Position numbers and translations under genes: made by a program
Part shown: positions 11,969 through 26,500 of the stretch, one piece after another
Layout: each line of letters begins with the position of its first letter
Position numbering within the stretch: position 1 is the stretch's first letter
Notes under the pieces: generated by a model
What the model saw: only the letters and a program-made list of their open reading frames with translations
What the model was told of the DNA's origin: nothing
Databases searched by the model: none
NCBI GenBank assembly: GCA_965285935.1
Contig: OZ260661.1
Location: forward strand, 100,378,001-100,442,000
Source: Ophelia neglecta
Taxonomy: Eukaryota
Direction of reading: 5' to 3'
DNA: 64,000 bases

Positions 11969-14900
11969 ATGTCTTCAATAGACATAGGTCTCTTGTTTGA
12001 TCATGATAGGTAAGTTACCAGTTAGGCCTATCAGTGACATGCAGTTATGCCTTATGTTATGGATTCGGTATCAAATATTCTGGAAGTTTTAAGGGAGGGG
12101 GTGTGTGGTCCCTGGGTGTGTCTGTGAGTGTGTTGGGGGAGGGGTTCGGGGGTCGGGGACTCATCTTTAGCAGTCTATCATAACCCGACAGACGGCTTTA
12201 ATACATCGAGAATGAGTCCAGGGTCGCCCCAGTCCTCAATTGTCTCATATTGGCATAAGCACTGTTAAAACCCTGATTTTACATGGTCCAATGCTCGGAG
12301 CTCTTTTTAGCATTCAGAATTATCAATGTGCCTTGAATAAATAGATACATTTCCTCACCTTAAAGAAAGGCAACTTAGCTGGACAAGAGTACAGTAATTT
12401 TATTTCTATTTTTCCAGGTTTCCAAGTGGACTTTTCTTGCTTCCAGTTTTGATATACTTTCCATTTGGTTTGATATTAGCAGTTCTAAGATTTTTTATTG
12501 GAGCTCAAGCCTTTTTGTTGGCATGTCTGGCATCGAAGGCCAATCATTTAAGAAGGTAAGTACCATTGCCTAACAAGTTAAAACTGAATGAAGTATGTAT
12601 TGAATATTGCTGAGGTCGTTGATGCCTCTTCCACGTGAAATCAACTCAGATGTGGCCTTAAATCCCATGCAAAACCAAGCATTTCCTCATTTTATCTGTG
12701 CCTCAGCAATTTTGGTCACAAGAGGCTTTTTGTGTAGTGTTACCAAACCCTCTTCATTGGTTTCATCACAAGGCTTGATACTGTCTACTGTGCTTTAAGC
12801 GTCATCCACAAAAATTCTCCATCAAATCTGACGTTATTTGCAAGTTTCCCCAAGTATACAGTATAGTTCACGTATGTGCCAAATGAATATAAAAATAATT
12901 GTGGAGTTAAAAGCATCATACACTTCTGTCGCCATTCACTGCACATAAGACAAGGATGATGTCTCAAAGACGTCATACATCCCTTTCCAGAGAGTTCAAG
13001 ACCCTTTTTCTCATTTGGCGCATACATGTTACATATTTAGGACCCTGGAACACTACTTTTAATACATATATAGCAGAAATCTCTAGGTTGTGGACTGTTT
13101 TTGCCAATTGGTCCACATAATACTTGACCTTAAATTGAAAAGGATAATTCATCAAAACAAAAGCATGTACATTTGGGATAAATCTGTGAATATTTATATA
13201 CCATAGAGACAGCAAATTTAGAGTTGAAGTTAATTAAGATATTTGGCAAGATATAATAAATCATCTCAGATACATATCAGATGGTAGCCACAAATTTGAA
13301 TTTTCTTACATTTTCAAGGTTGGATTCCTAAAGTGTTTAGCCTATAAAGACAGCATGATGTAAAATAATCATAAGCTGCAATAAAATTATTACTTTGACT
13401 TTATTTAAGGACAAACCTAGACATGCATCGTCATATACAAACTGCCTAAATGTCGACAGTACAATATTATTCAATACAAAATACATCCTTTATTTCCAGA
13501 GTTGTGCTACGAATCATGTGCACTGTGTTAGGCATTATTGTCACTCATGAAGGGACCCAGAACCATACAGCAGAGACCACTGTGATGGTTTCCAATTACA
13601 CCTCAACGCTGGACCATCTGGCCGTCGACCTGGTCCTCCCTAGTATCCTGGTAATGCATAGCTTTGGATTTAATACGGCCATTATTCTTTACTATCTTTG
13701 TTGATGAGAATTTTTCAAATGCATCAGTTTGTAAAATAAATGTAAGAGGAGATGTTAGTTGGTTTAAACCATTATAATTTCTAAATAAGCAGTGCACACT
13801 TGTCAATAGAAAGTGAAGCAAGAAATTTGCAGACTTGCCACATTATGCAGTATACAGTATATGGCAAGGAACACATACCATCCCTTTAGATGAAAAAAAA
13901 ATTGAATGTGTGCTCTGGACATCCAAATAGGTCTGCAAAGCACAATAATGGGATTATTAATAAGAAACCTTTTTGGTAGACAACCCGTGCCTCGCACTGG
14001 GAAAGAACATAATATTGCAAAATTTAGCTGCCACACCAAAAATAAAAAATTAAGAAGTTCCATGGTGTTTGTCTGGGATGTCGCAGAGTACGGCTTTAAT
14101 GGGGTCACACCATCCTTTAAAGAATATTGTTACCAAAATCTGTTTATTTGTTAATTCCTATACTCCTTCTGATGGTTTATTATTGTAAGAACACTGGCTT
14201 CTTTATGCTATTGTTTTCAATGCTTACTCAAGAAGGCCGACAACACACAGGGTTAACCTCCTTAGTTTATTTTGAAATCTGGACTTCAGCATATCAACAA
14301 ATTTGTGAACCAAGGTATCAAAAAATGAAATGCCAAAGGTCTCAAAAGAGCAGTTATACTATGATAGTATTTTGAAAAACATGTTTTTCACTAGGAGGAT
14401 CAGAAATAGAGCTGTGAATTTTAACAGGAGTGTAAAAACATGAGATGTACAGTTATGACTGATTATTTCAAAGACCACAAATAGTGCATATTTTCTTGGG
14501 ATTAAAATGATTTAAGCCCCAATGTAACAAGAGCAGGGATCGTATTTCAACAGGATTTTACCGTAGTTAACTTATTTCTTTCCAAGGTTCAATAAAAAAT
14601 AGAGAAACATCTCTTTGCACTGCTTCAACAGAAAAATTCTTTGAATCAAAGCACAGTCATTAGTGACAAAGACTTCTTTTTTTAGCCAAGTGTATGGGAT
14701 CTGCCCAGCGCTCTGATGTGGTCGCTTGGCTACAGGGATATGGGAGCAAAAAAAGGCAGGGACACACTTATACAGAATGCCAAGAAACATTGTCAAGGTA
14801 GGCAACAATTGTATGTCTTCAGTTATTTCTTTTGAATATAACTCTTGATAAAGGAACATACCCTATTATGAACACTACTCTCTTGGTCTTTAATCAGATA

Positions 14901-17900
14901 TTTTATTCTATGCATTCATGCCCTCTCTATTCATATTCATGAAATGTTTATTGGGACATGTGGACAATGCTCCAAATCTGGAACAACCAAACTCCAGTTT
15001 AGTGATTCCAGTCCCCATGTAGCCCAGGTCACCAGTGGGTCACACCAAACAAATTGAATTAAGATGGTTTATCTGCGTTCTGGCTACCATTGTGCTATAT
15101 TGAAATACATTGAAACAAATTGGACCAAATTATATCATGACCTAACCTGTTAATCACAGAAAGCCAGGTCAACATGTTATGGATCATATGTATATATATA
15201 TATATAAGTAGGCCTCTGGCCTGTGTTATGCATTTTTCCTTGTTTGCTACACTACGCAGTTTGTGGTTAAATCTGTTATTTCTATACAACTTGAACTGTA
15301 TATCATTGTTTATGAAATCCATTTTTTGTTTTTTTTAGAGTCACAAATACCACTATTAGTATTCCCTGAAGGTGCCTCAACCAATGGTAAAACTGGACTG
15401 CTAAAATTTAGGTATGATACAATTTGCAACCCATGAAATTTGCTAAATGTTTTCTTTGTTGATCAAACCTGATTCCGTAACACTTTTGCAACAATAAATA
15501 ACTACTAATTACTTTTAATTCCAGTATATGGCCTTTCTCATTGGAGCAATCAGTTCAGCCTCTTATCATAAGTGTTTCCAGGCCCTTATTTGTCCATATA
15601 GCACCAGTAAGTAAATAGTTTACATGTAAACTTCACCATGATCCTTAATTATTTGACTTTAAATGTGTACCCCTCGCTTATATAAGACACTGCAGTATAA
15701 TTTCCACTGCTATAAACTTTCCTTTCAGTCAGTGTTAGGTGGAAGATGGTGGGTTGATATATTCTGGTTCCTTTTTGTACCATACACACGTTTCCATATC
15801 AAGTAAGTACTAAATACTGGCGGAATTCACTAAGGAACTCCTGGAAAATAAACATCAATGATTAGCTCATGGATACTATTCAGATTTATACAGGCTCATT
15901 TAATTTTGCAAAGTTTTTGATACATGTATGTCTAGTGGACCTGGATGGTGTTGTGTTTTAACTTTAATAGCTGTTTATTAGCTTTATGCTGTTAGTGACT
16001 AAGTCTGTTGTATTTACTCTCTTAGGGTCTTACCTCTCATGAGACTGGATGATTCAGAGACGGTAGAAGAATTTACCCAAAGAGTACAAACTCACATGGC
16101 CAATGCCATGGGGATTCAGCCCACTCTACACACCAGTGCTGACAAAGTAGAATATGCAAAACGCAAACTGTTCATTGCTCCAAATGGTATTCAATTTGTA
16201 CGGGGGATTTGGGTCTATTTATAATATGTCATGATTAGTTAAGGATATATCTCACAAATCACCCTTGACTTATAGAGCAATACATGATTAGTTAAGGATA
16301 TAGTTGTTGTCACACTTGCTCTATATTATAGCTGGATAAAAGTCAGACTACCTGTACAATAGACAATGTGCTGAAGTAGACATCATATATTTAATCATGA
16401 CTCTTATCTTGACAGAATCCACCCAGATGTCTCCATCCAGGCATGGAGGATTTCGGTCAGATGACAATGATCCCATTGTCACCATGGCTCATCAGGTCAA
16501 AGAGGTTCTCCCCCATGTACCCCTAGATATAATTAGAAAAGACTTAAGTGAGTAAACTGATAAATGTGCACCACAAGTACTTGAATTTTTTGACAAAATA
16601 TATATGAGGTTTACAGTACATGGGGAACAGTTTGCTTTGTTCATTATGAATGTAGATATTACCTTTATTAATTACCTGATATGGGCATCGTATTAAACTT
16701 GCTTGTAAGAAATGAAGAGCAACACCCTTATCCTAACTGCCATTAATTTATTAAACAGCCATGCTTGTGTTTCCCAATGGTATTCAGAAACTCCTTCCCA
16801 GCCCCATAGTGAAACACATCACATTTTGTGTATTTTGTAGCAATGACCAAGGATGTAGATCTTACCATAACCAATGTACTGGAGGGTCGAGTGCAGTATA
16901 CTCCAGAAGAACCAGGCACTGAGGCAGACCGATCTCCTTCTCTATCACCACCTGAGGTAGTTGGAGAGTATAATTTTGTCAACAATTCTATCTATGATAA
17001 ATACATGACCTTTCTGGGGTTCTCTTTGTAAAGTTGATATTCCTGCCCTGGCCCTGGTGGTGGAGTTATCAACAGTGTGAACACATCTCCTTTAGTCCTT
17101 CACTGAGACTTCAGGCCTACTACCAGCAGCCAAGCACAGAAAATTAACCCTCATTGTTGATAATAAGTCAACAATACCCATTAAATGACAAAGACCATAA
17201 TGATGATGTATGATGTAGTACATAGTAAATTTACAAACTTATTTACTACAGCAACTGCCACAGTATCCCATTGATAGCTGAAGACATTACTTATAGAATG
17301 TTCAAAATTTAATTCCCTATGCAAATTAAGGATATTTTGGTAGAAAACATCTAAATTGAATGAATATACCCGGTAGCATACATAGGTACATGTATGTACA
17401 TGTTGTTTTAATAACTTTCGTTAGTGAAGGAGTTAAGAATATATCTGTGAAATGCCCAGCAACCAGAAAACACAGACAGTCCCAAGGACCAGACTTTAAC
17501 AAAATACTAAGCCAAACTGTAAATTTTCCAAGGCTCAACTCGATGTTAAGTGACTACACAATCAATCCCCTTTTGCAGGACCCTTTTGGGTCAATTTTAT
17601 GGAGATTTTAAAAATATTTTTAAAATACCTTTATAGTATTACTTGAAAGTACACTAAAGTCTGGAAATCACAGTGGGAACAACACTGATTGACTTAAGTG
17701 ACTGGGTTTTGCATACCACATTTTCAGTAGCTAACATTTATATGTGTGACCTATATTCTCCTACATGATAGTTTCTTATATGCATGTTATTACCGGTAAG
17801 TGCTCAAGTCATGTTTATCAAGGAATAGCACATGTTCTTGTCTTTTATATGTATCTGATCCTTTTTTCAGAAGCCTTCTACTTCAGCCAAGCAGTTTGGT

Positions 17901-17999
17901 AAATCCACCAGGGATAGGCACAAGTCCTTTGAAGAAAGGAAACAAGTTTTATTAGAGAGTGCTAGAAGAAAATATATGGAAAAGCATGGGATGTTATGA
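11969..17999 (+). CDS. AUP1: AUP1 (ancient ubiquitous protein 1; lipid droplet/ERAD factor), 11 exons
   Basis: Exons begin at 11969 (MSSIDIGLLFDHDR), ~12418 (hydrophobic hairpin), 13500, ~14687, ~15339 (PLLVFPEGASTNGKTGLLKFS), ~15525, ~15729, ~16026, ~16417 (CUE domain MAHQVKEVLPHVPLDIIRKDL), 16841 and 17871 (G2BR: RHKSFEERKQVLLESARRKY). TGA at 17997-17999. Confidence 0.93.
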
Positions 18000-18972
18000 A
18001 GAAGAAAAATGGATATTTTAGTTTAATTTTCCCATTTGGGTTGTGGACTTGCAGTGCCCAATGATATTCATTGTGTTTGTTCATTGGACATAAATTTTGA
18101 CTCTGAGAGTGACTTGAAACCCATCTTGTGTTTAAGCTTTTTTTACTGATTTACTGATCCTGATAGAGAAATAATAAAAGTCTCAATATGATTGTGAACT
18201 TTATGAACATGTTTATGCATAGTGTAACAGCATATTGCTGTTGGCTCAGTTCCCTAATGAATACAAATAAATGATGTGCAAAATACCCCAATTACATTTA
18301 ATATAGAAAATGACATTTAAATTGTATAGGAAGGAAACACTTTGACCTGTTAATTTAGAAATTCACTCTTATACAAGCACCCAAAAATTTGTTTACATCT
18401 ATATTTAAAGTACAACGCATCAATTTTTGCTTAAACAATAAACCAAGTCAACATTTATTCAATTGATATCCCCACAAATACAGATTATCTTTCACCAAAA
18501 TCAATGCTGAAATAAGCTAATCAGTTTCTGCTATTAAACTCATTTCCTGGGGAAAAAAAAGGAAAATTAATTCGTTCGTATAATGACATAATATGCTAGG
18601 CTATACTTGAGAAGATTACCATTAAAAACCACTGTTGATTCAGTTCTTTAAAAAATTCCAAAATATTTAATATGCAGAAAATGAATGGCTGCTTGCAGAG
18701 GTATTAATCCCTGCATTCCCCATTTTTGGACAAGAGTATGATACCTATCCTCACCTACCTAACTATAGCCTACAGTGGTAAAAAAAGGTTCAGGGTCTGT
18801 TTAATTCCAACCATCTTCATTAATACTTGGAGAAACAAGACAGTATGGTAAATTTTGAGAAAATTGATGATACTTTACGTCAAATGAAGCATCACTAGAT
18901 GCCCTTGAGTTTATACTGCTTTATGGACATACCTTGTCTGAAATGTTATGAAATGGAGACCTAGCGGCTGAA

Positions 18973-19233
18973 GGTTGGTTTGTGTTTGGGGTTTTTACGT
19001 GGCTTTCAACACTTATCTGGTTATGTCACCATGGTGCCTACTTATGACAGTGGGCACAATGTCCTCTTTATAATGCTGCCTCTCTCGAGGAACCTGCCGT
19101 AGAAACCAGACAGGGAACCCCATTATACTGACACAGGGTCAACTGGCAGGGGAGCTATCAGTTCCTATTTTTCCGTCGGTTTCAAACCCCGATCTACCAC
19201 TTGTGAGGTAGACACCCTAAACACTTGGCCACA
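18973..19233 (-). mobile_element. tRNA-derived SINE, diverged copy
   Basis: Colinear with the copy at 44166-44484 (ttttacgtggctttcaacacttatc...cctgccgtag...ggcaggggagctat...cacttggccac). Confidence 0.75.
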
Positions 19234-20537
19234 CTAATTTGATTTTCGCTTAACAGTGCTGTTCAATATGGCCGGAGTCCCTACCTATAAAGGAATCCAT
19301 TCACCATAAATTTCAGATAAATAGAGTTGCATTTATAAGCCAAAATGGGTCACAGCAGCCATGAAAATTCTGATTTTTGGGTGATAGCTGCCTGTACAAA
19401 AACAAATAAACTTCCTATGAAGTAGTTTGAAATGTTGTTCTTTTGTCCAAAAAAAAAACACCTTAATTAGGCAATGAATTAAACTCAGAAAGTGGCTTAG
19501 TAAGTAAAATCAATAGGAAAGGCCTATGGACACCCCCAAACTTATATTAAAACTGAGCATCTCTGGAATATGACTGCAGGGGTGTTAGGTTGGGTGAAAT
19601 GGTCTTATTTTTGCTATAAGCCTGGTCCAATGGTAGGCGCCCTGTTATTTCACCAATTATTCTAAAAGCCTTACTTTTTGTGACACTTTTATTCTGTAAA
19701 TTTGCAAGCAGGGTCAAGACTGCTAATAATGAATGCCTCGGAGTTACTTAGAAGTATGAGCGATTGGAACATGCCAATTCAAAGTATCTTATATACAAAT
19801 GGAAAATTCATGAATTTAATTATATTTGTTCAACAGAGGCCAAATCTAAAAAAAAATTTGATAATTTATTTCTTACAAATATTAATTAAAGTGTAAAACA
19901 ACATTGAAACATTTTAAATTTATTGTATTAAATGAATAGATCTAATGTGTCATCAAAATTGCTATCATAAAGTTTCTGAATATGTTTTTAAATTAAAATA
20001 GCTTGATCTACTCTGGTAACAACACAAAGCTGATACATTTGCTTAATTTCCTTTGGGTGAGCTACATATAGACTCTACATGTATTTAACAATTTGCATAG
20101 ATAAGGGCCCCATGAATAAAAAAACATATTTGTTTATTTCTTATAAAATTTCTATTACATTGTATATTAAGAACAAAAGAGCCAATAACACCAGTATCTT
20201 CAAATAAGTAGTTACACCTTTAATGAGGTATGAACAACTGTGCCAGGTTTGGAGCACATAATAATACATTTACAATTTAATACAAGTGTAGAAGAACTGT
20301 AAACAAAGTGCTTTATTATCAGCCCCAGCTGCTTAAATATCACATGACTTTGTATAAGAGAAGAGATTTGATAACCATTGGTGAATAGCCTATTCACATC
20401 ACATCCACAATAAATATCCAAATAATGAACATAAACAGATAACTCCTGTCAGAATGCACCGACATAGGATATCAAAGTTTGTTATAAGGTCAATGCAGAA
20501 GTTTTGTAGCATTGAACTGACTAGGTTGAATGAAATG

Positions 20538-23500
20538 CTAAACTTTCTCTTGAGAGTCAAACGAAGCCATTGTAATTGCACTCAACTGACTCTCAGTTGG
20601 TATTGCATAAGCTTCAGTGGAGTTGTTTTCTGCAAAATCAATAGAAGGTATGGTGGTCATCTCTTCAGCTTCTTCTCTCAGAGCCTCTGCTTTCTCCTGT
20701 ATCAACACCTACAATACCAATGTAATAGCATAATGTACAGTACCTAGGGATACCTTCTTTATAAACCTCTAAAATCAATTAGAATTCACCAATTTACAAT
20801 ATATAATCACAAATTTATCTCAAACTGAAAATACAAATTTTCAACCTTTCCACATCCTATGATTAATAGGAGATATATACTTGAAATCTTTATCATTATT
20901 GCCAAAAACCAATACTTTATGCCCTTTTTTCAAATGAGTATGTATACAATTCAGTCACAAAGAATCACACATATGCCCAAAAATTACACAAGATGTTCGG
21001 TGGCAGAAAAGATAACTTTCTTTAAGTTTTACCTAAAAATATCTGCCTACCAACCTTAGCAGATGTGACTATTTGTTGTGCTGCCTTCTTTGGCAAGTGT
21101 TCCAAGGATTTGACCAACTTTTCTGGATCAGCATGAGCCACACTCTGAAGGCTTTTGTAACCAGCATTGAACAACTGCCTTGCCCGACCCTAAAGCAAAA
21201 CTAAAGATTAAAGCGGACATGATCATAAATTATTAAACTTGACATGGAATAAACGCTCCTGAAAATTTATTATGGCCCTGAATGTTTGCAGTTTCAGAGC
21301 CTACATTATTTTGTAGCCCTTTTATTTCACATTTTAGAGGTGTTGTACCTATAATTGTTTCCCAATTTGTCCATATTTTGCACACCTTGCAACCCTCCTC
21401 AAGAAAATTGCTAAATAACCCCAACCTTCCCCTCTGCTCAAATTCAGAAGTATGTTACTCCAAACTACCAGTATATGATATTATGCTTGCTTGTAATAGA
21501 CACTTCACACTGGAAATATGAATTATAATTTTCAAATCATAATCAATTTCTTAATCGCTGATGACCTCATTCCTCGGGGGAACCCCCCCCCCCCCCCTTC
21601 CAATTCCATGCCAAACCAACAAATGAACAATATTTTCCACTTCACAGAACTTGTTAAACTTACAATTTTAACCCCAGGAATCTCCATAAGTGGGATCAAT
21701 TCCATTGTCACACAGTAAGACAGCTTCTTTACAAAATTGGCAAACATATCTTGGTAGGCCCAGAATTCTTCGAGCTCCTAAAACAGGTGAAAGGGGGAAA
21801 CTTTCAGTCAGTATTTTTCTTCATATTGTGAACATTAGTGGATTATAATGTTGGTACATGTAGCAAAATCCCCTAATACATACATTTATGTATACATTGA
21901 ATAAAGCCATATACACTGCAATATATTTATCCAATCAGACCTTCTTATTATATTTATCTATATATTCTACTCTATCTATTGAGAACAAAATTATACATTT
22001 CTCCAGGTAAGAAAGTCACTGATAAACACATAATTTGGCAGGATGTAGATGTATGTAGCGGCAATAATAACCTGACAGAAATGAGACACACAGGCTGCAA
22101 ATGAAGCAGCCCCTGCCAGCAGCTGCTGAACAAATCCTCGGGGCAACTGGAATTTAGCTGAAACTTCCCATATGCTTTTTTGTTTCCATAGATTGTAAAT
22201 CACCAAAGTCAGATAGAAACGCTGAACCACATATTCATCTACAGGCTGAAATATAATATGAGGATAATTTAAAAATAATAACTCATCTTCCATCTTACGG
22301 ATAACAATTTCTATTTGCCAATGAAAGTATAGGAACTAGCAAAAATATTGTATACTTAATCCTTGGTGTTATACTAACAAGCTGTACACAAATTGCACAA
22401 TCAATTGTTAGGAGATAAAACAATTCATGGTCACCTTTCTTATTTTCTGACCTGAAGTCTTTTTGGCAATGTAACTCTCTGATACCCCAATGAGGGTTGC
22501 TACTCTTTGCTCAGCTGAATCCATACAGGACATCTGTGAAGGTGCAGCAATATTGAACAGGAAAAACTCGGTGTTATGACATTTCATTCTGACAGAAAAA
22601 ACTCCCGCATTATTTTTAAACTCAAGAGTTAAATATTGGATTGTAACCTGTGTGCCAAGCATGAAACCCTGTACCAACTCTTCAATTGTATACAGGGTAG
22701 GAAATTGGCTTCATTACATATTATTTACTCAATAACAGAGTAAACGTAATGTAATTTCATCTACCAGTGTGCTTAAACAGGCCATTGGCTACTTTTAAAG
22801 GCCTGCTCTAATGCACTGGATCTGGGTTGTAGAAATACCATCTAGTATGACAATTAAGATTGTTGCCTGTATATTTGATAGAAAATTGAGGAGAGCTTTG
22901 AACATAAAACAGAGATTGCATAGCATAACGAAATACATTATCAATGGTAGACAATGATTTAACAGGGCTAAACAATGAATGGTTATAATATACTGTATAG
23001 GAAGTGAAAGAGTTGGCATCATCATGATCATATTAGTCAATGCTCATCCTCCATTTGTTCTATCAAAAAGGTAGGGTGAAAAAAGACGGAGACAGTCGAT
23101 AGTTTACAAAACACTTTAAAATCCTTGTTACGCACCTCATCCAGATAGACCAGCCAGGTTGGTTTGATGTTGACAGCGTGGTCATAGGGGGTGACCAGAT
23201 ATAACAGGTGAAGATGACTGGCCACCACCAGAGACTCTGAGGCCTGGCAGAGGTCTCGGTACAGCATGGAGGCTCGGTCAATGTCAATAGAACCTGCAAC
23301 ACAAACCAATATTAAATAATCACATAAAGCGTTTTTTTAAAAGTTTGCAAGAACTGCCACATAATACTGGTATTTTTGGTATGTGTGTTCCTGTCAAACC
23401 TAGTCAGTTCAAAAAGCAGAGTGCCAGTTGCAGTCTGGTCTATGAAACTGATTGGGATGGAAGTTAGGGAAATAAACAAATTAAATAAGTGCATGAAAAG

Positions 23501-26500
23501 ATAGTATGCAGATCTGAATGCAGTAACACCTTTGAATGTGGCTCTGCCTAGATTGGTTACTTCAAGTAATGGAGGCTCCCCTGCTTTGCCTGGTGGAGTC
23601 GCTGTGACAAGGCCAATGTCCAGGAGATGCTGCACTGAGTTTTTCCCAAGTTCGACCACATCACTGCCCAACTGTGCACTTTGTATATAAAACAAAGTTT
23701 TCTTCAAAAGACCTTCGACAGATTCTGATGAAGGAGTAATCTGAAAGTAATTAGTAGTAGCATTTACACTATTATGAAATGGAAGTAGACTTTTTTAATC
23801 CTAGGTCAACAAATGCATTAAGTCTATAAGTATATCTTTTGACAATCAAGAGTATTTACTTCGCTTAAATCAATAAATAAGGTGTCAGTATCACACGGCA
23901 GATTTGCATTATTGTGTTTTTAGCATTGTTTCAGCCTATTTAAAGTACATGTAGTACCATGTGATAGCTGCCATATTCACAAATGGGACCATACCTTAAG
24001 CCCAATGGTTGTAAGTAGTAAGGATCTCAGTCCTTTGGCTTCTTCAAACAACAGGCTAGACTGGCAGTACTCATATGGTCCACTCACAAGCTCTAAAAGC
24101 TGTATTACAAAATCACAATTAGTTGGTATATTATATCTCAAACCTAATGTTTTCAAACACAAAATACTGAAATGCAAGTATTTAATATTACAGTGAATGA
24201 CAATATCAACAAAACCACTTTTTGCTTAAGCTTTTATCTGAAATTCTAAGAATATTTGTTGTATAGATCTAGGGAACATTGGGATTCGAGTACTACCAGT
24301 AGGCAAACTTTCAGGAAAGTCACTGGTCACAGAGGTTTGCCCACTTAGATCACCCAAAGACAGTTATTTAGGGACAATTACCAGTCAGTCTAACCTGTAA
24401 AATTTTATTAAGTATAAATAGGTCTACCCTAATAATTTGCTCAGTAAAAGCTATTTTTTGCCAGTGAACACTGGCATATTACTGAGCAAGGACTAGTGAA
24501 TATAAAAATTCTTCTGATAGACCGAGTAAGGTATGTTATTCTACAGGTCAAGCCATTTCAGGGTCATATGTAGATTTAACTGCACATCACTACAAGTTGG
24601 AGACAAGAATCAAGGCTCTTACTGTTATGAGTGTTATTCACATTTTTCATACAAACCATAAAAGCTTCCGCACTCTCAACATTTCAAGATGGTGTATACT
24701 ACTTGCCTTCTGTTTGTCTCTCTTCTGTAGTACGAGGATACTTTCACCAGATGTATCAATACCAGCTCGCCCTGCTCTCCCTACCATCTGCTTGTATTGA
24801 CTACTTGACAAGAAACATTGGCCAACATATGGACTTCGTAAAATAACCCTGGATAAATAAACATTAACGGATAGCAGTACTAAATATAATAACTGCAGAA
24901 GTATAATCCTACATTTATACTGATTTTGTATTTGCACAAAGCAGCATCAAAAGAGGTATTTCAATTGGAATATAGTGTTGAAAATGGCATTTAAATTGAT
25001 AGTGTTATATATAGAAAGAAATCAAACAATTTCATATTTCAGAACAATGTACCTCTTTGCAGGAAGATTAACACCAGCTGCCAGAGTTGAAGTACAACAC
25101 AGCACACAGAGTGTGCCCTCAGAGTAAGCCTCCTCAATCAACTTCCTCTCATCCATGGTTAGACCACTGTGGTGATAAGCCACCCCATAGGGTATTGTTC
25201 TTCTTAACACTGGGCAGATCTCACCATTACCGTCATGGTACAAGGCCCGTAGCATGGCTCTTCTTTCATCCTTTTTATGATTAGTCAACTCCCTAGAGAC
25301 AACATTATATAATGTACTTTTTATGGTGTTCATGCCTATATTGTATAGCTTTAAGGATTCAAAGCTGAACAGGGAGATTAGGGAGCAAAAGATATACATG
25401 TATTTATGGGTACAGTTACTCTACTCATATTAAATTCTAACCATTATATTTACTGATCCCTTGGGTTGTTTTTTTGTTTCGCTTTTTTTGGGCGGGGGGG
25501 GGGGGGGGGGGGGGGAGTTGAGTTGAGGAGGGGTATAAAGTATGTAAGGTGCTATTCAAAATAAAAAAATTCAACAACCTGTTTTTAACAACCATTGAAA
25601 ACTGGCTGAGCAACAAAAAAAAACTGAAGAAAGGGGGTCCTATTTCGGATATAAGCTTTCGAACTCTAATAGCCCAAAAAAAAGCAAATTTTGTTCTTAA
25701 TTTTTTCTCTGTAGGATTCATTCATGGAAACAGCTTGACTTTTGGATAATGCCTTTGAAAAGAAACCCATCAAAGTTTAATTACCCTAGAACACCCTGAA
25801 CAAATTTCTACCAGCATGACTAATAGCTCTAGTAATAAGAAGACACCTAGCTATGGTGTGACATTACCTTGCCATTAGTCTACATAACAGCTCTGTCACG
25901 TTTTCACAGTTCTTCTTTGTAGCACAAAACACAAGGCAGGACTTTTCTGGAACCACTTCCAGAACCAGCCCTGCAATCTGGTCAGGGTCTTTCTTCTTCT
26001 CTTCGGCAGAATACTGAAATCAGACAGACAGCTTTAATATTATCATACATATGTTCTTTAAATTATTTTTTTAATAAAAGGAGGTAGAACAATACTGAAG
26101 GGCCATTGTGGCTCTGCCCAAGAATGACAGGTGTCCTCTAAGAAGCCAATAAGTTGGGGGATATTTTGCTCTTTTTGAAGGCCCATGAAGTAGGAGTTAA
26201 TAAACAGATATTGTGGCTACTCAAACAAGCTGCAGGCAATTTTTTTTTTATCATGATAAGTAGCTGAAAAACTGTACATAAACCAACTTAATTTCCCCCT
26301 ATGTTCTGGTGTTGTACCAGGAATACCTCCAGAGCTATAGTGGCAAGTACAGGAGAAGATTAAGCAGGGGAACCTGTATGGATTTTGAGACTACAAGGGT
26401 ATTCAAGAGAGACCTAAACGAGTGGAAGGAGTGTTTTTTTATAATGACGAAAACCATGCCTTTATCTGCTTAATCACCATCCCAAAAACTGGCAATCTGA

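Noticed and set aside
25491-25516. Poly-G/poly-C runs giving poly-Pro/Gly ORFs (also ~11011, 21583, 32917, 35770, 43168, 51684)
   Set aside because: Simple homopolymers or MITE ends in non-coding DNA.
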